The translations under genes were made by a program, and so were the position numbers. This document shows positions 30,820 to 43,405 of a stretch of DNA of 64,000 nucleotides, piece by piece. The notes below the pieces were generated by a model. It did not search any database. It saw only the letters and a list, made by a program, of their open reading frames with translations, and was not told where the DNA came from. The DNA lies in assembly GCF_009914755.1 (NCBI RefSeq), contig NC_060928.1; one strand, written 5' to 3'. Source of the DNA: the human T2T-CHM13v2.0 reference genome, Homo sapiens. The first letter of the stretch is position 1, and each line of letters begins with the position of its first letter.

Positions 30820-31720
30820 CCCTCTTCCCATCTGTGGCAGCGCCCGCCCGCTTCGCTCCGAGGTCCCCCATGCGGTGAGCGTGAACCCTTCCACAGCACC
30901 TCTCGGCGCCCCCTACCCCGCCGCCCGCGGGGGCAAAATCTGGGGGCGAGGGGGACCCGGGCGCTGAGGCCGCTGCCCGCCTATGGGGACGCGGCTGGGA
31001 CCGTGGCCCGGCTGCGGGTTTCAGTAGCGACATTTACGCAGTGCATTTGGTGGTCTTTCTTGCCTTATCAACCCCGGAGTCTCTCTCCCCTACATCCCCT
31101 CCCACAACTTCAAGGTTAAAAAAATAGATATGTACATCTCAAAAATAGCAAAGGGTCCCCGCAGGCAGGGCCGGGTCCTCCGGGCCCCGAGGAGCGGGCA
31201 GGCGCGGCGTGCACGCGGTCCCCGCGCCCCTCGCGGCCCCAGAGGTGGAGGCCGGAGCCGGGAAGGTGCGGCGGGCGGCGGCGTTCAGGATGAGCTCTCC
31301 GGCTCGGACGCGTGCAGTAGGAGGCCGCCGCCGCCGCCGCTGCTGGACTTGTGCTTCTTCAACAGCTGCGTGATTTTCTCGTCGTCCGAGTTGGGATCCA
31401 GAGGCTTATTGTAGTCGTCGTCCTCTTCCTCGTTCTCCGAGGCCCCCTTGAGGCGCTCTGTCTCCGAGTCCTGCTTCTTCTTGGCCGTGGCCATCTCGGC
31501 AGCGTGCTTCTTCCTCCACTTGGTCCGGCGGTTCTGGAACCAGACCTGAGGGCGGAGAAAAGGGAGGAGAGGGGAGGCAAGGGCGAGGAATTAAACGAGC
31601 AGATCCAGGCCATGCTACCACTCCCGCATCTCGATGGCCCTCCCGCGGCCCCCCGAAGGCCTGCTGCCCTCCCTCGCAGCCCTCCCTTTTCTCGGCCGTC
31701 AAAGTCAGTCTCCGTCGCCC
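30820..31720. promoter_or_regulatory. CpG island over exon 3 and the proximal 3' UTR
   Basis: Dense CpG/GC stretch. Confidence 0.85.
31285..31545 (-). CDS. NKX6-1: NKX6-1 coding exon 3 ([13 protein letters not shown], acidic C-terminal domain, stop)
   Basis: Pyrimidine tract plus CTCAG|GTCTGG acceptor. 261 nt ending in TGA. 670+173+261=1104 nt, i.e. 367 aa plus stop. Confidence 0.98.
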   Translation of the reverse strand, partial: VWFQNRRTKWRKKHAAEMATAKKKQDSETERLKGASENEEEDDDYNKPLDPNSDDEKITQLLKKHKSSSGGGGGLLLHASEPESSS

Positions 31721-33523
31721 CAAGTTCCCCCTGAGTAACTGGCACCAACAAACTGACTGCCGTTGCCATAGCGATGGTAACACAAGAGTATTGAGGTTGT
31801 CAGTGAGCGAGTTCTCAAAAGTAAAAACAAAACTCGGAAACTTAAAAATGAGCGTCCCTAAAAGTGAGTTCACTTTCCTGCCTTCCAGTTTGAAGTTGAA
31901 AACTTTCCCCCTTCATGAAGTTGCCCCACAGTGGCTGTGATTTTATTCCTTATTTACTTTCTTAAATTAAGAAATTTCAAACAACCTGACACGTACTTGC
32001 TTTTCGGTATAGATTGTGGGGGGAAAGCACAGCATTTGCCCCAATTACTTCTGTTCTCCTTTTCACTTTTAAACATTTGTTTGTTTCACTTATCTCAGAT
32101 CTGAATGTGTACAAACATGGTAGATAAAAAATATCCTCCCAGTTTTTACTTGCAATGTATGGTGCACTTCAAAAAAAAAAAAAAAAAGATCTGTTAAAAT
32201 ACAAACTTCAAATCGCCTTTAATGTTCTTCATAAACCCAAAGTAAAGTGAAGACTAGAATTACCATTGGTTATTTTTAAAACGTGAAAAATTGTCAATTA
32301 CATTATTTTCCACAATTGGCATGTCTATTCTTTCAAATGTTATTTTAACTGTGTTCCTGCTCAAGACATTTAATACAAATATTTTTAAGCTTATTCATGA
32401 TGTTTGACACATATTTTACCTAAAGCATCAGCAAGAAGCAACATATTTCCCAAAGATATTGAATTATCCTCCCTTTATTCTTGTCCTCCATTATGTATTT
32501 TATCTAGAGAATCAGAATTGTTAAGAAAGTGATGTTTATTTTCTTTATACAGCTATAATAATTCACTTCTAGCCATATAGACATATTTACGGTGAAAAAT
32601 GAAGACCTCCAGATTATCGCAGTAGGCTCTGTACCAACCTACTGCAAAAAATAATTTTAACTGTGATGGTATCCTAATGGCCACATACAAAATCACTCCT
32701 GAAATGTATTTTATGATGGCTGTCCAGGGGGAAATACACTAGCCAGCAGACATGGCTAATGTTATTCCTACTTAATTTAAGAAGCAACAATAGAACTAAT
32801 GAAAACAGACTTACACCCCAAAGAAACAAACATAACAAACTGAAAAAGAAGGACAAAAGAGACTATTGGAAATATAAGAAACCATTAGATTGAATTTACC
32901 CAGCTTGTTTAATCCCTTTATTTTTTAGGAAAAAATTTCTGAAATTTGTTTCCTTGGAAATATACTATACAACTCAATTATAAGGAAAGTGATGTTTTAA
33001 TTATAAATTGTTGTCATGAATAGTGCAAATCCTAAATCTGTTAATAAACTTATTTTAAACCAAATTCAAGCCTATAATTCAGTAATAATCTTGTCAATTC
33101 ATTTGTAAAATTACTATTCCAAAGCGATTGCCTTAAGCTAAGCTAAAAAACAGGTTCATCTATGGCAAGTGGTTAGATCCTGTGGATTTATTTATTTTTA
33201 CTTGCGAATTAATACAGTAGCCCTGTAATACTGATCTACATTAGGAAATTATATAACTAGTGGAGCCTGAATTGACAAACAAAAACTTGGATATCGCTAC
33301 AGATAGGATATGTAGAAGCTGTCTAACTGGCCTGATCTATTCTCTGGGCTGATATTTCAGTAATGCCTTTATTCTCTAATAATGGTGAGTCCCCCAGCAC
33401 ATGCTGCTATATAGATTAACCTAATTTCAAAGGCGGGGACTTGATTCCTTTTGTTCATCAAGAGTTTGCCCGCCTGCAAGACCCCAGCGCCTTTGTAGTC
33501 CCCACCCTCCTTCACTGCTCTCA

Positions 33524-34018
<495 letters not shown>

Positions 34019-35554
34019 TTACATCCACCTGTTTTTTAAAAGCCGCGTGTTTGGCGCAGCAGTAAATACCTTCTGCTCAACACCGACGTCAAACAGCTAG
34101 GGAGCCTATTGCTAAAGTTTGCCAGAGCCTAATCGCAAGGCCCCATTAAATTAACGACTGCCAGAAAAAGGCCACTCTCGCCTCCTAATCCAGTCGGTGC
34201 TCGTTCGGCCCCGGAGCCTTTAAGTGAGAATAACTAGATTTTTTTTTTTTTCCTTCAACGCTTCCCTAACCTGTGTCCAGGCAACAAAGGGGTCCTTGTT
34301 TTTGCACACAAGAGAGCTAAATCGCCCCCAAGTCTAACGTCGCTGCAGCCGAGGGGGAGAGGGGAAGGGGGAGGGGGCACAGCCTTTGTTGGCGGCCCCT
34401 AATACGGCCATCAAAACCGATACAATAGCGTCTCCCTGGCACCCCCACCAGGCCCGGCTGCCACAGTCCCCGGGCTTCCCAAGAGAACCTCCACTTGGCT
34501 TTCGCAACTTCCCGCAGTTACTGCCGCTCAGCCGCACTAAGGAGGTCCGGAGACTTGGAAGAAACTTCGGAGACTCGCTGAAAGGCGAAGAACTGAGCGA
34601 GAAAAGGACCCCAGGCTGGGCCCTGAAGTCCACCTGGAAGGCTGGGAGCCTCCGCGGCGCTGCGGCCTACTACCCCGAAGACTAGCGTGATCTTGGGGCA
34701 ACTCAGTTTGCCTCAAGCAAGGTCTTTGCGGGATGGTACATTTTCCCCAGGCCGTGTCCCTTCATCTCACTCTTCTCCTGGCTCGCTCTTGTGTTAGGGT
34801 GTTGAGCTCCACGATGTCCCCAAATGTGCCCGGACGCAGCGTGTGCCAGCCCCCAGAGTGGAGGCAGGTGGGAAAGCGCGGGCCCAGCGCTGGTGAGCGG
34901 CTGGAAGCGCTCGCCCTGCCCTGGGGACGCTGGACTGTCTTCAATGGGCTCACCCAGGCCGAGTGTACTCGGGCGGCGAGGGCGAAGAGGTGAGGTGGGG
35001 ACACCCCAGGCGGAGACGTGCATGCAAATACACTCACTTCCCGGGCGGTGGAGGGCTCACCGCTGCCGGGCCTCACTGCTTCGAAGAGAGGCAGCGGGTT
35101 AGGCTGGCGAAGGCGGAATGGGGCGCTGGACGACAGGGAGGAGCCGGGAAAGCAGAGATGCAGTGGCCTCTCCTCCCCTCTCCTCCCCATCTTTCTAATC
35201 CAGGCCAGGCCTGCGGTCCTGGCCAGGCCGTTTCAGGAACAGCCAGGGCCTCGGACGAGACACACGTCCCTCACCGCGTTGTGGTCCACACGAACACACA
35301 CACACCGGCTCAGCCCAGGCGTACTCAAGACTTAGAGAGAGGGAGGCGCTTGGATACAGCCACGCGAGCTCAGAAAAGCGAGAATCCCTTTCTGGAAGCC
35401 CTGGCCCAACCTAACTGGTGTGATTCCGGCGCTGTCAAACTACTGGGGCGGGCCACAGGATGGACTGAGCGGCATGCACACCAGGGGCCGCGACCCGGGA
35501 GTGGGCAGAACAGGCACGGCAGGCAGGCATCGGGGCGCGGGTGGTAGTACTCAC

Positions 35555-36224
35555 GAGGGGTACAGGCCAGGCGTGCGTCCCTCCAGGGCGGGCTCTGCAT
35601 CACTCCGGGCCAGAAGATGGGCGTCCGGCCAGGCAGCTCAGCCAGCGGCTTGGGGTACCGGCCCACGGCGGCCACGGCCGCGGCGCTGGGGCTGAAGTAG
35701 AGCCCGGGCGGCGGCGGCGGCGGGCTCAGGCTGCTAAAGCGTGGCAGTCCGGCCAGCAGCCCCGCCGGGGATGAGGCGGCGGCTGCGGCCGCGGCAGCAG
35801 CCGCGGCGGCGGCAGAGGCGGAGGAGGCAGAGGCGGACGAGGAAGAGGAGGAGGAGGAACCGGAGGGCGAGGCGGAGGGCAGGGCGGCCCCCGAGGCCAC
35901 GGGCATGGAGGGCCGGCTCAGGATATCGTTGATGCCGTGTGGGGTGGCGGCCGAGAGCTGCTGCGGGGGGCTGCCGAGGGATGAGAGCCCCCCCGTGGCC
36001 GGGGGCTTCAGGCCGCCTGGGTTGTGGGTGCCCAGAGGCGGGGAGGGCGACGAGGAGGACGACGACGAGGACGAGGAGGAGGGGGGGCCGGCAGGCAGCG
36101 GGGGATACGCGGCAGGGTACAGCGGGGTCTTCATCTCGGCCATGCTGTGCAGGGCGGCCAGGGGAGGGCTGCTGAGCAGGAATGCGCTCTGCCGGGTGCC
36201 CTCCATTGCCCCCACCGCTAACAT
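35555..36224 (-). CDS. NKX6-1: NKX6-1 coding exon 1 (aa 1-223 plus 1 nt): eh1/TN motif HGINDIL, poly-Ser, 13-Ala and poly-Pro tracts
   Basis: ORF begins [21 protein letters not shown], which I recognise as NKX6.1. Donor CCTC|GTGAGT with GT at 35554-35553. 670 nt, phase 1. Confidence 0.98.
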
Positions 36225-37290
36225 CCCACGGCCACGCCGGAGACCGTAGCCTTGCAGCGAGGGCGCTGGCTGGTGCCCCCCGCGGGGCTCAGAGGAGCCG
36301 GAAGCGCCGAGGGCGCGAGCGGAGAGGCACTCGGCGCGCCCGGAGGCGAGCTGCCAACTGAACCAAAAATGCCGCTGCCGGGAGTTGCTCGCCTAGCTGC
36401 GCAGCAGAGATGTCCAAACCCTCCACGCGGGAGGCGGCAGCTCGCCGAGAAAAGCAGGCGTCCCGGCGGGCTAGGCAGTCCTTTCGTTCCGCGAGTCCTA
36501 GATTCGATCCCTGGCTATTCTCTCTTCCTCACTTTTCCTAGCTGTTCAAAGTGCGCTACTTCTCATCTTCTGCCCCCGGGAAATAAGCAAAACAAAACCC
36601 AGGCTGGCTCCGGAGAGTTTGTAGCAAAGTTAGTTGCCGAATCTCCACTTTGAAGTTGGAGGGTGGGGGTGGCTTGCTTTCTTTGGGGAGGTTCAAAGGA
36701 CGCCTTGTGCAGCCCGTGGCGCTCCTCTGATCTTACTGGGATGCTCTGCTCTTTCGGTCGCGCGGCTGATTCGCATTCGACGCTCACTGTGCCCGGGGAG
36801 AAAGCGCATCCAGCCCGCGGGAGATCTAGCCTCTGTGCGGGCTTCCTCCGCCCACGCTGCCCCGGGCTGCTGCGCCAGAAAGGGCAGTGCCACGGATCCC
36901 CGCGGCTCCCAGGTCCTCACCTCCACCCGCCTTGCCCTCTGGCCCACGGGGCACTGGAGTTGCAATATTGAAAAGAAAAAGGGGGAGGAAAAACACAGAA
37001 AAACAAAAGACTAAGTGTGAAAAGTCTGACGGCTGGGTTTCGGCGCCGCTCGTCAGTCCACTTCTGCAAACGGGCCCGGCGACCCCCGCCCCACCCCCGC
37101 TCCCTCTCTCCCTCTCACTCTCAGCCTTTGACTCTCCTCTCTGGCATTTTCTTCGCGGCTTCCCAGGCTTCGGTCTTCTAAGTCCTGTCCTCTGGCCAAA
37201 CTGACCCTCTCCGCGGCTCCTCCGCTCTTTCTCTCCTTTCCTCTCTCCCTCCGGGCCTGACAGTTCAGATGAAGCTCTCAAAGGTAATAA
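36225..37290 (-). other. NKX6-1: Long GC-rich 5' leader of NKX6-1 (5' end approximate)
   Basis: Lies between the ATG and the CCAAT/GC-box cluster at 37370-37600. A roughly 1-kb leader is recalled for rodent Nkx6.1. The TSS cannot be read from sequence. Confidence 0.6.
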
Positions 37291-37369
37291 AACATTTGCA
37301 TCACTCCCTACCCCTCTTTAGCTGGGGGACGAAAGGGAGGGGGAAGTGGGGGACCAAAATGAGAACTTT

Positions 37370-37660
37370 GAGGGACGTCACTCCGAGGCTGCGGGGGCCG
37401 GCGAGCCGGGCGCAGGCCGGGGGCGTAACCACCGTGTCCAATAGCTCGCCGCCTCGATCCTTGCGTCGCCCCTGGGGCTCGCCCACTCGGGGGCGCCGCA
37501 CCCTCTGATTGGCTGAGGCGGGCCAGGCGTAGGGCCGCGCCCGCCTAGTCCCCTCCCGCTCCCTACTTCTTTCTCCTGTGGGCGGGGCCAGGAGGGGCGG
37601 GAGCTGGTGAGTGGTGCGGTTCCGCGCTGGGGCCAGTGGCCGCCTCAATTAATTGTGCTA
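37370..37660 (-). promoter_or_regulatory. Core promoter of NKX6-1 with CCAAT and GC boxes
   Basis: CCAAT at 37438-37442 (+) and 37508-37512 (-), GC boxes at 37580-37600, CRE-like TGACGTCC at 37373-37380 (-), inside a CpG island. No obvious TATA box. Confidence 0.7.
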
Positions 37661-39079
37661 AATAAAATGAGAAAGGGGAGGGGGAAGCAGAGACGAAGAG
37701 GGTATTACTTTTTAAAGAGAGGAATAATGAAAACTCAGCCCTTTTATGGAAAAGCAGTTCATATTCTTCCCTTGCTTCCCCACTAGCCCGCTCGCGTCAT
37801 CCTATCCCCTTCCCCCACCAGCTCTGGAGGGCGCCTCACCTCGAACCAAGTCTGGTCCCTTGTAAAATGGAGCTAATGGAGCAGGCAGCCGGCGCAGCCC
37901 TGGCCTGGCTCCTTCTTTTGAAGGGATTAATTAAAGGCCATCTGGGCTCTCCCAGAATTGTGTAAATTAATTTGTTGCTCCTTAAGCCTTATAGATGTCC
38001 TTAATCCCCTTGTAGGCCAAAGGATCGTCCTCTTCCATCTTTCCACCTCCTGCTTTCCTTTTCTGTTCTTTCTCCTCCACTTTATTTTTTTTTTCATTCC
38101 CGAGTTCCCCCCCGCCCGTCGCTTCCCACCGCGTTCATTATCATTTATGGGTTACTCAATTCGCTGAAAACTGAATCCGTTTAATAGGAATATTTATCTG
38201 TCAGATGATGTTTATACCTGAGAACAGTGAGGGAGTTTTTTCCCTTAACTTTTCTCCCTTTGATTATTGTTGTTATTTCCTTTGGGTTTACATGGGGGTA
38301 GAATCATCAAAATTCAGGCGGAAACTTTAGATACAGAAGCATCTAGGTACACCCTGGGAACTGTAAGCTTTTGAAAACCCTCTCCAAAACTCTGGCGCCT
38401 ACTCCCAATTCTAGAGTTGCTACGGGAGATGGAGATGTACCAGCTCCTGGACAGTGGTGGTGGGATGTCTATCTAGAGTTTAGGAGTTGAAGGGTGGCTT
38501 CCTTTACTCTCTAAATCTCTTCCATCTCTGGCTGATCTTTACGTTCCCGACAGGGTTGAACTGCGGGCTGGAGAAGGAAAACCCTTTGACAATTTTGAGA
38601 ATTCAGCATGTTAAAGTAACACACCATTGGAAGGTGGTCGCTACAGCAAATTTGGATGAGATCATTAATTACAATTTTAATGAGCAGAAAACAGAAATAA
38701 ACGCAATAAATGGCTCAAGAATAAAATTTGATCAGCACCACCGACGGATGGAGTTTAGCTATTGGTGTCAAAGCGCTCATTTGGGTCCAAGCACGAAAAG
38801 CCAGGAGGGCGTACTCCGCTTCGATAACCTTCGTTTACTAAGCACTAGTTTTTAAGGGTCAGCTTGAGTTTGAGTCTGAAACTGGGGGAAGGAAGGGTTA
38901 TATTTGCCAGTTTTATTTCCTTCTAAGATAGAAGCAATGTTATTTGGTCCTCCTCTTCCTTTATCTTTCTTCATTAACTTCAAGACTGGTTTAAATCTAT
39001 TATTTCATGGACTTTAGAATCTGACCTGGGGTAAGGTGAAGTCCTTCGTCAGCATGAATAGTGCTAAGGAGTCAAGCCA

Positions 39080-42050
39080 AGACTTGCTTCAGAAGAGAGC
39101 TGATGTGCGGACCTTCTGCATTTCCACGCGGGGATCCAGTGCTTGGGTCTAAACCCCAGCGCCCTGCCACCTCGGCCAGGAAGCTGCGGGAGGATGGTGG
39201 CAGGCATAGCCCGTCCTAGCCTTGAAACTGGGGGGCCTATGTCTCTGGCTTCGTTACAAACGAAACGTTTCTCGCCTTCGGACACTCCACCCTGGCGGTG
39301 GTACCCAACCTTCAGTCTCCACTCTGCGCCTGGCCCTCCAGCGACCTCCTCACATCCTCCAGGACACTGCATTCTCAAGGACTAGGTAGGAATTGGGAGG
39401 AAAAGAGGCCAGTCATCCCCAAAGATTCCAATGTTAAAGAGTGATCCCCTTTTTATCTCATGTAAATATTATGACTCGGAAGAGAGTTGAATATTTCCCT
39501 ATTGAGAATGTTAGTATCTACTATTGGAGGCGGGGTTGCCAAAGAGAGACACGGGGGTGGGGGAGAGATTGAGACTGAGATTCAACTCAATCCAACTCAG
39601 GGTGAACTGTCTTGAGTAAATAGTTGCAACGCTTGGTGTAAGGATGTCTCCATCGTTCACTTTTACGTATCATTTGCATTGCCAAATTAAAATGGCAGCA
39701 TTGTTCTTAATTATGACAATAAAAAATTCCGGATCCGTGTACCTTGATCCCTGGTAGTGAGGGGGTGAGCCCCGGGTGCTCGATCCCGCGTAGAGCAGCG
39801 TGTATTGCAGACGCACGCTGGGCAGCACGGGAAGGCAGGCCGGTGCCTCCTGCCAGGTGCTAGTTGTAGTGGATCTGCTGCCTGTCTACAGCTGGGAGCG
39901 GTGACAACGATGGAGCGTCCTCGGAGAGGGTGGGCTGCCCCCTGTCACTCCCGGGGGAAGATCGCCCTGCCCTCCGCTCTAACTGCGTGGTTGAAACCAG
40001 TTTCGGGACCCGAGTCCTGGTCCCGCTGACGCGGGAGGCTTGTTTCTGGTGGGGCAGTCTTAACGCATTGCCTTCAGATGCCTTTGAGAGTCAGGACTTG
40101 CTCTTTCTTGGGGATCCTCCGAAACCAGCATGCCTTCCTGCCCACGACCTAATAAAGTGGGACTTTTTCAAGTACCCCTTGGGAGTGGACGTGTAACACG
40201 TGGTCGCAAGGATCCCGGCGCATCTCTACGCAGTATATCTAATGGGGATGGGGGGGCTCTGTTTGAAAGCAAATGATTTGCATTTTAATTGAAAAATAAA
40301 TGAAAGCGGTTTGGCAAATTCTGAGGTTGCAAAAAGGGTTTAAAGGGTGGCGGTGAGGAAGGTTCTGTGCTCCTCGACTTTGAGGCTGGAAACAACAGCA
40401 TTTGTTTTCTGGTTACTGTTTTTAGCTTGCTGGCATTGTTGCCTAGTCTGTGCCGTCCACTTGACCTCTCTACCTGCAGTCTAACCCTTGACGCAGAAAT
40501 GCCAAGCGCGTTTTGATACTTGTTTTAAGTTAAAAGAATAGCCACCAAATTCAAGGTAACTAACGGAAGGAATGCAAATGAACTCTCAGCTAAACGTACT
40601 AACATTCTGAAGGGAGGGATGATAACGGTTTTGCCCCAAATACAGTAATGTCAAATGTCGGGATACTCAAGTGTAGCAGCAGAAAGTCAATTTCTATTCT
40701 GCAGAAAAAAAGTGGGTGGGGTGGGGTCGGATGGGGAGAGGAATGAAGGGAATTATGTGTGTGTTTCAGTCCAAAAATCTCTCTAAAATGCAGTTGCTTG
40801 AAGTGTCTGGATGACTTCTTTAATAACTCCATTTCACCTGACGAATAGGGCCTGTTTGTGCTGAACCCGCGGGACAGCTGGGTTTAACTGAATGTCATAA
40901 AAGGATTGAGCTGATTGCTAGGTAGAAATACAAGGAAGAAGGAAGAATGTCCCCAAGCTTGAACCAACCTACCCTTGAGGAAGGATAGCAGGGCGAGGGG
41001 GAGAACGTGTCTGTCTTTCTTTGCTTCCTATAAACGCCGTAGAGTGGAAACTGCACCTTTGCCACAACTTCTGCTGCCCAGCACTTAAGGTAGAGATTTG
41101 GGAAGAATTGAAGCAGACAGCGTGGAAAAGCGCCGTAGGATCTTGCGTTCGGCGCTCTCCCAGTGGAGGCCAACACCAAACAAGTGGGGAAGCGACCAGT
41201 GTAAACAGCCCCATCCATTCTACCACAGAAAAGATCTCGAAGTCCAGGACCTCCCTCAGCGATATCGTCAGTGAGAGAGAGGATTACAGCTCTCCATAGA
41301 GTCGCAGAATACGTACCTGGGAGTTAAGTGCGCTCCGAAGGGTGGCTTCTGAAAGGTCCAAGAAAATGGAAAATACTAAAGTCCAGAAACATCTGCAATA
41401 CCAAAACCCGAGTCCTGGAATTAGTGTAAATGCGAGAAAACACCAATGAACTACTAGAGAGAAAACTGGCCTTGAACTTTAGCAAAGCACACACCGCCAA
41501 AGATTTTATACATATACATATACAAATGAAAATCTCTTTTCATTCGAAAATTAAAATTTCCCCCGGCCCCGCGTGCGCAAGCATTTTCTTTTCAGGGAAC
41601 CATTTCCTTTTAGGAAACCCACTTGGATTGAAGTACATTCTAAAATATGGAAGCGTGGAATCAAAGTGCTTATAGGAAGGTCTGTAGATTTCCAGAATTT
41701 TCTTACAGAATGAAGTGCTAATCCAGTTTGATGCACCAGATTAAAAAGTATCTGATGTGAACAGCCATGAAAAACTTATGTATGTATAAATAACGTTTTT
41801 TGAACATAATTTTTTAAACGACTCTGTAAACTTGTTCCTCTTTATATTCCGCTACAAATTGTTGCTTCTGACTTGAGTGTGCCTCAGTGTGTTCGTGGTG
41901 GTCCTTCCAGCTGCCGCCTCCTTGTGCAGCTCCTTATTCTTCAGTGAGAAAAAAAGTTATTTTATTTGCATCGCGGCTTGGCTTACAGTGCGGCCATAGG
42001 CCCGTTTGATGAAACGCTGAACAGTTATCGCCCTCTTGTGGAAAAAACTT
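39080..42050. promoter_or_regulatory. Upstream CpG-enriched patches (island shore)
   Basis: CpG clusters at about 39.1-40.2 kb, 40.9-41.3 kb and 41.9-42.05 kb. Confidence 0.55.
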
Positions 42051-42839
42051 CTTAGCGTTTCACTCTGTCTAGGAAAGACAAGGCTGCTTGGTTCTGTTGA
42101 CTGCTATACCTCATTTCCTCACTGAGGCAGTCTGCCTTTGTGCAACTGCAATTACATTTGATTAATATCTGCTTAATTTTTAACTGGAATGCTAAATTCA
42201 TAAACTATGGACATGGCAGCTCTTGCTTAAAGCAGAAAACCCCTTCTAAAATGAAGATTTATATTTTAAATCTTTCTCTCCTACTTCTCTTTGACTCCAT
42301 TATTTGACTCCAGTATGACAGAACAAATCTCAACTGTTATTGACATTATTCTGGTTTTCTGCTTTTCCTCTCTGATTATCAAAACAGCATATTTGCTCAA
42401 TACAGAACATTTGGAAAATAGAGAAAATTATAAAAAAGCACAGAGTAACCTACAATTCCACCATCAGTGGCAAACACTCTGATATTTTGGCATATTTGCT
42501 TGTTATCTGTTTTCTGGTCTTTATTTTGTACTTTGTTTTAATGATTGAGATCATATGGAGCATATAATATTGCACCTTTAAGCCCATTTTTATAACCTGC
42601 TTTATTCACTTAATTGAAGCAAGAACAGATCTGTCTTTGGAATGTCCTGAATCTAACCTCCTGTGAGGTGAAAAGGGCCCTTCCCTGAAGGGCTTGGGAA
42701 TACCTCACTCTAATAAACAGTAATCTGGTTTGGAGACTACTTCAATGCCAAGATTGCTGCCCTGATTCTTCCACTTACCATTTGCCCCCTTCACATCCTC
42801 AAATACTTTGCTATTAGTTCTCAGAATTTTATGATACAA

Positions 42840-43080
42840 ATAGAATAAAAATACCCAACACTGAGTGTTTAGTGTTCCAAGTATTTTACAGTATTAATCC
42901 AACAACTCTATGAGTTAGGAACTATAATTGTCCCCATTATAAGGAATAAAATTAAAGCACAGAGAAGTTAAGTAACTTGCCCAAGATCACACAGCTACTA
43001 AGTGGGGAAACTGGGATTTAACCTTCTGGTAGTCTGACTGCAGAATCTATTATTTAATCACTAGATTCTACCACCCCTCT
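42840..43080 (-). mobile_element. MIR
   Basis: gcacagagaagttaagtaacttgcccaagatcacacagcta core. Confidence 0.8.
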
Positions 43081-43405
43081 GATAACTGAAAAAAAATTAA
43101 TGCATATGAAAGCCGTCGGAATATTACAAATTGATAAATAAATATAAAGTGAATCCTTGCACATTCCATTCCAGAAAAGAAACTACAATTCACATTTTCT
43201 TAGACAATAAAAACATTAAAAAGATTTTAGAATTTATTGAATTCTTTTTAACGTTATTCAAAAAAGAATTTAATTCCTGAAAATAATACTATGCCCTGGT
43301 CTACACACAAGTCGAATATTTAAGTTTCAAAATAATTTTAATATTATTTTTTAAATAAATAGACTTTATTATTTAAAGCAGTTTTAAGCATTTAAATTAT
43401 TTTTT

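Larger units (their letters stand above)
29980..31284 (-). other. NKX6-1: NKX6-1 3' UTR (3' end approximate; alternative poly(A) sites likely)
   Basis: Follows the stop codon. AATAAA at 30760-30755, ATTAAA at 30002-29997, and a further AATAAA at 29922-29917, all on the minus strand. Confidence 0.65.

Noticed and set aside
35370-36224. 284-aa ORF taken as a complete protein
   Set aside because: It is exon 1 read through the GTGAGT donor into intron 1. The spliced frame restores the homeodomain.
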